Shown: in pieces, positions 26,397 through 32,000 of the stretch | Layout: every line of letters begins with the position of its first letter | How positions within the stretch are numbered: the first letter of the stretch is position 1 | Assembly (NCBI RefSeq): GCF_017876815.1 | Contig: NZ_JAGIOS010000001.1 | Coordinates: forward strand, 3,030,001-3,062,000 | DNA: 32,000 nucleotides | Direction: 5' to 3' | Source: Sinorhizobium meliloti | Lineage (GTDB): Bacteria; Pseudomonadota; Alphaproteobacteria; Rhizobiales; Rhizobiaceae | The notes under the pieces: generated by a model | The model's database searches: none | What the model saw: only the letters and a program-made list of their open reading frames with translations | Told to the model about the DNA's origin: nothing | Made by a program: the position numbers and the translations under genes

Positions 26397-27158
26397 ATGA
26401 AAGACGTCAGCTTCCAGCTCTACAGCGCCCGCAATTTTCCGCCCTTTGCCGAGGTCCTCTCTGCTGTCGGCTCTGCCGGCTACACACAGGTGGAAGGCTA
26501 CGGTGCCCTTTACGCGGCCCTCTCGGACGCGGAGATCGCCGATTTCAAGGCAGGGCTCGATCGCAACGGTCTCTCCATGCCGACCGCGCATTTCGGCCTG
26601 GATATGCTGGAGAGCGACGCTCCACGCGTGCTTGAGATCGCCGAGGCGCTCGGCATTCGCGCTATTTATTGCCCTTACCTGATGCCGGACCAGCGCCCGG
26701 GCGATGCGGGCGGATGGCGAGCCTTCGGGGCACGGCTGCAGGCGGCCGGCAAGCCGTTCCGCGATGCGGGGCTCGACTTCGGCTGGCACAATCACGACTT
26801 CGAGTTCCATGCACTCGCCGACGGCTCGGTGCCGCTCGACCAGATTTTCGCCGGCGGTCCGGACCTTTCCTGGGAGGCGGATATCGCCTGGATCGTGCGC
26901 GGCGGGGCAGACCCCTTCGGCTGGATCTCCAAATATCCAACCCGCATCACGGCGGTCCACGTCAAGGACATCGCGCCCAAGGGCGAGAAAGCGGACGAGG
27001 ATGGTTGGGCCGACGTCGGAGAGGGCACGCTCGACTGGAAGGCACTGATCCAGGCGCTCTCCAGAACCTCGGTTAAATACTTTGTCGCCGAACACGACAA
27101 TCCCAGCGATTTCAGGCGTTTCGCCAAGCGCTCGCTGGCTTCGATTCAATCCTACTGA
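26397..27158 (+). CDS. Xylose-isomerase-like TIM-barrel protein (sugar phosphate isomerase/epimerase family)
   Basis: 253 aa from ATG 26397 (AGGAG 6 nt upstream). Metal-binding style blocks 'WHNHDFEF', 'VHVKD' and 'FVAEHDNP' as in the AP-endonuclease-2/IolE-like family. Confidence 0.8.
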   Translation: MKDVSFQLYSARNFPPFAEVLSAVGSAGYTQVEGYGALYAALSDAEIADFKAGLDRNGLSMPTAHFGLDMLESDAPRVLEIAEALGIRAIYCPYLMPDQRPGDAGGWRAFGARLQAAGKPFRDAGLDFGWHNHDFEFHALADGSVPLDQIFAGGPDLSWEADIAWIVRGGADPFGWISKYPTRITAVHVKDIAPKGEKADEDGWADVGEGTLDWKALIQALSRTSVKYFVAEHDNPSDFRRFAKRSLASIQSY

Positions 27159-27174
27159 TCGACGGATAAGTCCC

Positions 27175-28308
27175 ATGACAAAAGAACTTGGTGTCGGCAT
27201 CATCGGATGCGGCAATATTTCCACGACCTATTTCAAGCTCGCCCCCCTGTTCAGGGGCATTCGGATCGCCGCTTGTGCCGACATCAATCCGGCGGCGGCG
27301 GAAGCACGGGGCGCCGAATTCGACGTCACGGCGCAGAGCATCGATGCGTTGCTCGCCAATCCGGAAGTTGACATCGTTGTCAATCTGACGATCCCGGAGG
27401 CGCACTTTCCGGTCTCGAAAGCCATTCTGGAAGCCGGCAAGCATGTCTACTCCGAGAAGCCGCTGGTGCTTTCGCTGGAGCAGGGCGAAGAGCTCAGGAA
27501 AATCGCCACGGGGAAGGGGCTGACCGTCGGCTGCGCACCGGACACTTTCCTGGGTGGAGCCCATCAGCTTGCGCGCGCCTATATCGACGCCGGCAAGATC
27601 GGGCAGGTCACCTCCGGTACCTGCCACGTCATGAGCCCGGGCATGGAGATGTGGCATCCGAATCCGGACTTCTTCTTCCTGCCGGGCGGCGGGCCCGTGC
27701 TCGACCTCGGACCCTATTACATAGCAAACCTGATCAACCTGATCGGACCGGTGAAACGGGTAGCCGCACTCTCCTCCATGGCAAGCACGACGCGGACCAT
27801 CACCAGCGAACCCAGAAACGGGGAGGTTATCCCGGTCAAGACGCCCACCAACATTCATGCCCTGCTCGAGTTCCGGAACGGCGCCACCATCACGCTATCG
27901 GCAAGCTGGGATGTCTGGGCGCATCGTCATGCGAACATGGAGCTTTATGGCACCGAAGGGTCGCTCTTCGTTCCGGATCCGAATTTCTTCGGCGGCACCG
28001 TCGAGGCGAGCGGGCGGAACAAGGACATCCAGCCGCTCGAAATGTGGGAGCACCCCTTCGCCGTCAACAACTGGGACCATCCGCTCGGCCCGATCGCCAA
28101 TTATCGTACGGCGGGGCTTGCGGATATGGCCGATGCGATCCTCAAGGGGCGCGATGCCCGCTGCTCGCTGGAACGTACGCTGCACGGTGTCGACGTGATG
28201 GTGTCGATCCTGAAATCCGGCGAGGAGGGAAGCTTCGTCACGCTGTCGACCACCTGCACTCAGCCGGCGGCGCTCGGTATTGAAGAGGCGCGGGCGTTGT
28301 TGCGCTGA
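27175..28308 (+). CDS. Gfo/Idh/MocA-family NAD(P)-dependent oxidoreductase
   Basis: 'LGVGIIGCGNIS' Rossmann motif and 'HVYSEKPL' (EKP) motif. 377 aa from ATG 27175. Confidence 0.88.
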   Translation: MTKELGVGIIGCGNISTTYFKLAPLFRGIRIAACADINPAAAEARGAEFDVTAQSIDALLANPEVDIVVNLTIPEAHFPVSKAILEAGKHVYSEKPLVLSLEQGEELRKIATGKGLTVGCAPDTFLGGAHQLARAYIDAGKIGQVTSGTCHVMSPGMEMWHPNPDFFFLPGGGPVLDLGPYYIANLINLIGPVKRVAALSSMASTTRTITSEPRNGEVIPVKTPTNIHALLEFRNGATITLSASWDVWAHRHANMELYGTEGSLFVPDPNFFGGTVEASGRNKDIQPLEMWEHPFAVNNWDHPLGPIANYRTAGLADMADAILKGRDARCSLERTLHGVDVMVSILKSGEEGSFVTLSTTCTQPAALGIEEARALLR

Positions 28309-28355
28309 GCCTGCTTCTGCGTTGACCCTCCTCCGGTTGCCCGGGCCTTGCCGGT

Positions 28356-28564
28356 GCCCCTCATCCGGCTGCCGCCACCTTCTCCCCATTTTGATGGGGA
28401 GAAGGGACAAGCGGCCGGCTTCCTGCTGCTATTGTCGGTGTGAGAGGTGATCGAGCGTCTGCCGCTGTCCCCTTCGCCCCGCCTGCGGGGAGAAGGTGTC
28501 GGCAGGCGGATGAGGGGCCCTTTATCGATCTACCCCCTCTTGAGGGCCCTTGTGGGGAGGGGTA
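28356..28564. repeat. RIME-like intergenic palindromic element (32-bp terminal inverted repeats, internal hairpins) plus an adjacent CCCTC/GAGGG hairpin
   Basis: gcccctcatccggctgccgccaccttctcccc (28356-28387) matches the reverse complement of 28487-28518 at 30/32 positions. Arm hairpins are ccttctcccc-N8-ggggagaagg and ccttcgcccc-N6-ggggagaagg. A further hairpin lies at 28531-28564. Confidence 0.8.
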
Positions 28565-28600
28565 TTCAAGGCCACCGAAGCGAACGAAGGAACATAAGTC

Positions 28601-29629
28601 ATGGCCTGGCAACCGGCGGAAAACAGATACGAGAAGATGAAGTACAATCGCTGCGGCAGGAGCGGCTTGAAGCTGCCGGCGATTTCGCTGGGTCTTTGGC
28701 ACAATTTCGGTGGCGACACGCCGCATGAGCGCAAGGTGGACATGTGCCGCACGGCCTTCGATCTCGGCATCACCCATTTCGATCTGGCCAATAATTACGG
28801 TCCGCCGCCCGGCTCGGCCGAAATCGCCTTCGGCGAGATCATGCGCAGCGATTTCGCCGCCCTGCGCGACGAACTCATCATCTCGTCCAAGGCGGGGTAT
28901 GACATGTGGCCCGGCCCCTATGGCGAGTGGGGCAGCCGGAAATATCTTGTCGCCTCTTGCGATCAGAGCCTCAAACGCATGGGGCTCGACTATGTCGACA
29001 TCTTCTATTCCCATCGCTTCGACCCGGAAACGCCCCTCGAAGAGACTTGCGGAGCGCTCGATCACATCGTCCGCTCGGGGCGTGCGCTCTATGTCGGCAT
29101 CTCCTCGTATAACTCCCAGCGTACCCGCGAGGCGGCGGTAATCCTGAAGGAGATGGGCACGCCCTGTCTCATCCACCAGCCGAGCTATTCGATGCTCAAC
29201 CGTTGGGTCGAGGATGACGGTCTCGTCGACACGCTGGAGGAACTCGGCGTCGGCTCGATCGTCTTTTCGCCGCTCGCCCAGGGCATGCTGACGACGAAGT
29301 ACCTGAACGGCATTCCCGAGGACAGCCGCGCCGCGCAGAACCACTTCCTCAAGAAGGACTTCATCCGTCCGGGGATCATCGACAATATCCGCAAGCTGAA
29401 CGCCATCGCCGAACGGCGCGGCCAGACGCTCGCCCAGATGGCACTCGCCTGGGTGCTGCGCGGCGGCCGCATCACCTCGGCGCTGATCGGCGCCAGCCGT
29501 TCCGCACAGATCGTCGACTGCGTCAAGGCGCTGGAAAACGACACTTTCACACCAGAGGAACTGAGCGAGATCGATCTTTACGCCCGCGAGGCCGACGTCA
29601 ATCTCTGGGCCAAATCCGCCGAGCTCTGA
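28601..29629 (+). CDS. Aldo/keto reductase, YghZ/L-glyceraldehyde-3-phosphate-reductase-like
   Basis: 'GLWHNFG', 'THFDLANNYG' (catalytic Tyr), 'ISSKAG' (Lys), 'YVDIFYSHRFD' (His). 342 aa. Confidence 0.9.
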   Translation: MAWQPAENRYEKMKYNRCGRSGLKLPAISLGLWHNFGGDTPHERKVDMCRTAFDLGITHFDLANNYGPPPGSAEIAFGEIMRSDFAALRDELIISSKAGYDMWPGPYGEWGSRKYLVASCDQSLKRMGLDYVDIFYSHRFDPETPLEETCGALDHIVRSGRALYVGISSYNSQRTREAAVILKEMGTPCLIHQPSYSMLNRWVEDDGLVDTLEELGVGSIVFSPLAQGMLTTKYLNGIPEDSRAAQNHFLKKDFIRPGIIDNIRKLNAIAERRGQTLAQMALAWVLRGGRITSALIGASRSAQIVDCVKALENDTFTPEELSEIDLYAREADVNLWAKSAEL

Positions 29630-29810
29630 ATTGGCTCGAATGCATTGATTTGCCTCGATTTTGGCCAACCTCCAACCGCTTGCGGCGTCTTATACAAAAG
29701 TCGAAGAAGACGGCGCAAAACGGTCGCTGGACATGCATTATCGATTATGTATGGTGCACATGTGCCGCGGTGCGCAAAGCCTTCGCGGGCTTCAGCGTTG
29801 CCGGCAATAA

Positions 29811-31028
<1,218 letters not shown>

Positions 31029-31052
31029 AGCTGCGGACTGGATTGCAAAATG

Positions 31053-31091
31053 AAGAACCCCGGAGCGACGGTGCTTCGGGGTTCTTTTTTT
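31053..31091 (+). terminator. Rho-independent terminator after the TRAP SBP gene
   Basis: aagaaccccg (31053-31062) pairs with cggggttctt (31077-31086) and runs into a T7 tract. Confidence 0.8.
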
Positions 31092-31271
31092 GCTTATCAC
31101 CTGACGAAATCGGTTCTCATCTTCGTTTCACCGAATCGATGACCGGTAAAATGCTTCAACAAATTGAAATTCCGTTCGCACATACTTTTCCATCCCGCTT
31201 TAAGGCCTGTTGAGATTCATCTGGTGTTTATGACGGCTGCTGCGAGATCGGTGATGGCGTTTCTCCTGGCC

Positions 31272-31305
31272 CTCATCTCTGTGCTTGTCACAGAGATCCA
31301 GCAGC
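31272..31305. repeat. Short palindromic repeat, copy B (inverted orientation)
   Basis: atctctgtg-cttgt-cacagagat (31275-31297). The reverse complement ggatctctgtgacaagcacagagatgaggg matches copy A (ggattcctgtgacagcacaggaatgaggg). Confidence 0.65.
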
Positions 31306-31335
31306 GCCGCGTCTGCGGCGCGGGAAATGTTTTTT

Positions 31336-31371
31336 CAGGCCAAGGACCTGGCCTGGCTGGATCCCTGTGAC
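31336..31371. repeat. Short palindromic repeat, copy C: left half only, ending at the IS boundary
   Basis: caggccaaggacctggcctggctggatccctgtgac matches 17789-17824 at 32/36 positions. Similarity stops abruptly after ..ctgtgac. Confidence 0.65.
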
Positions 31372-32000
31372 CAGTGTTTAGCCCGGGGACATGGCGGACA
31401 CCTGTTCGGATACATCACTGACGGATTGCTTGTTGGTCAAGTTGATTGTTGCGATGTGATGGGCACCGAAGAAAGCGCCATAGTGGCCGTCGCGGTCGAG
31501 CGGGCGGATGGCGAGGCGTTCTCCGCAGAAAGCTTTGGGAACTTTCCATAGCCGGCCTTTGAAGCTGACATAGGCTTTGGTGGCGGAAACCTTGCGCACG
31601 ATCTCGCCCTCGTCATAGACGGGCTCGGGCAGGCGATCCGGCATGGCGCGCGGACTGGGGTGGTAGCGGCTGGCCGGCACGTCATGATCGAGTGCCCCAT
31701 GCGGGCGCTCGAAATTGTAAAGCTCGCGCCAGGCATCGAAGGCGCGCTGAACGGCAGCAAGATCCCTGAAACGGTCAAAGGCGAACACCTCGGCCTTGAG
31801 TGTGCGATGGAAGCGTTCATTCTTGCCACGGCTCTGCGGATGGTAGGGGCGACTGTGCAGTAGGGCGACGCCGAGCTTCAGAAGCCATACGCCGAGGCCG
31901 GTCCAGCCCTCGCCTGACGGATCGCCCCATGGCGCGCCATTATCCACGAACATGGCGTCCGGCAGCCCGTAGCGCCGGAATGTCCGCTCCAGATGGCCGC
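31363..32000 (-). mobile_element. End of an insertion sequence (IS481-like); the rest lies beyond the window
   Basis: The transposase stop is at 31378-31380. The putative terminus is TGTGACCAGTGTTTAG.. within about 15 nt, where similarity to the host repeat ends. The exact end and the direct repeat cannot be fixed without the other end. Confidence 0.55.
31378..32000 (-). CDS. DDE (rve/integrase-core) transposase, IS481-family-like, C-terminal part; 5' end lies outside the window
   Basis: 'FRRYGLPDAMFVDNGAPWG' (second D region), 'SRPYHPQSRGKNERFHRTLKAE' (catalytic E block), 'YNFERPHGAL'. The frame stays open upstream of the track's Met to position 32000. Confidence 0.85.
   Translation of the reverse strand, partial: GHLERTFRRYGLPDAMFVDNGAPWGDPSGEGWTGLGVWLLKLGVALLHSRPYHPQSRGKNERFHRTLKAEVFAFDRFRDLAAVQRAFDAWRELYNFERPHGALDHDVPASRYHPSPRAMPDRLPEPVYDEGEIVRKVSATKAYVSFKGRLWKVPKAFCGERLAIRPLDRDGHYGAFFGAHHIATINLTNKQSVSDVSEQVSAMSPG

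Noticed and set aside
31164-31370. 68-aa ORF between the TRAP terminator and the IS end.
   Set aside because: It has a TTG start and no SD. It runs through two repeat copies and a hairpin, and its codon bias is atypical.

Overview
High-GC alphaproteobacterial chromosomal DNA. From memory, gene content and order match Rhizobiaceae (Sinorhizobium/Ensifer type); I could not run a search to confirm this. Left to right: the 3' end of a peptide-type ABC ATPase; a TauE/SafE permease; a cobalamin block (cobE-like, cobA, cobB, cobC, cobD); the acpXL-fabZXL-fabF2XL-fabF1XL-adhA2XL-lpxXL cluster for the very-long-chain fatty acid (VLCFA) of lipid A; a minus-strand group (VOC protein, SRPBCC protein, AraC regulator, alanine/glycine:cation symporter); gnd; an 88-aa hypothetical; a LacI regulator divergent from a sugar ABC transporter / GH2 beta-mannosidase / TIM-barrel isomerase-like / Gfo-Idh-MocA operon; an aldo-keto reductase; a TRAP substrate-binding protein with no partner genes in the window; and the end of an IS481-like element cut by the window edge. 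Non-coding content includes two related RIME-like inverted-repeat elements, a second short hairpin-repeat family (three copies, one truncated at the IS boundary), several terminators and candidate operators. I found no convincing new multi-gene system such as a defence or secretion locus; most of the window is core metabolism. The most checkable leads are an unlisted 28-codon membrane-peptide ORF with a canonical SD, a ketosynthase pair in which one partner lacks the catalytic Cys, a possible oxidative glycoside-processing module behind the mannosidase, and an IS apparently inserted in a palindromic repeat. The many long antisense ORFs in the track are high-GC shadow ORFs.
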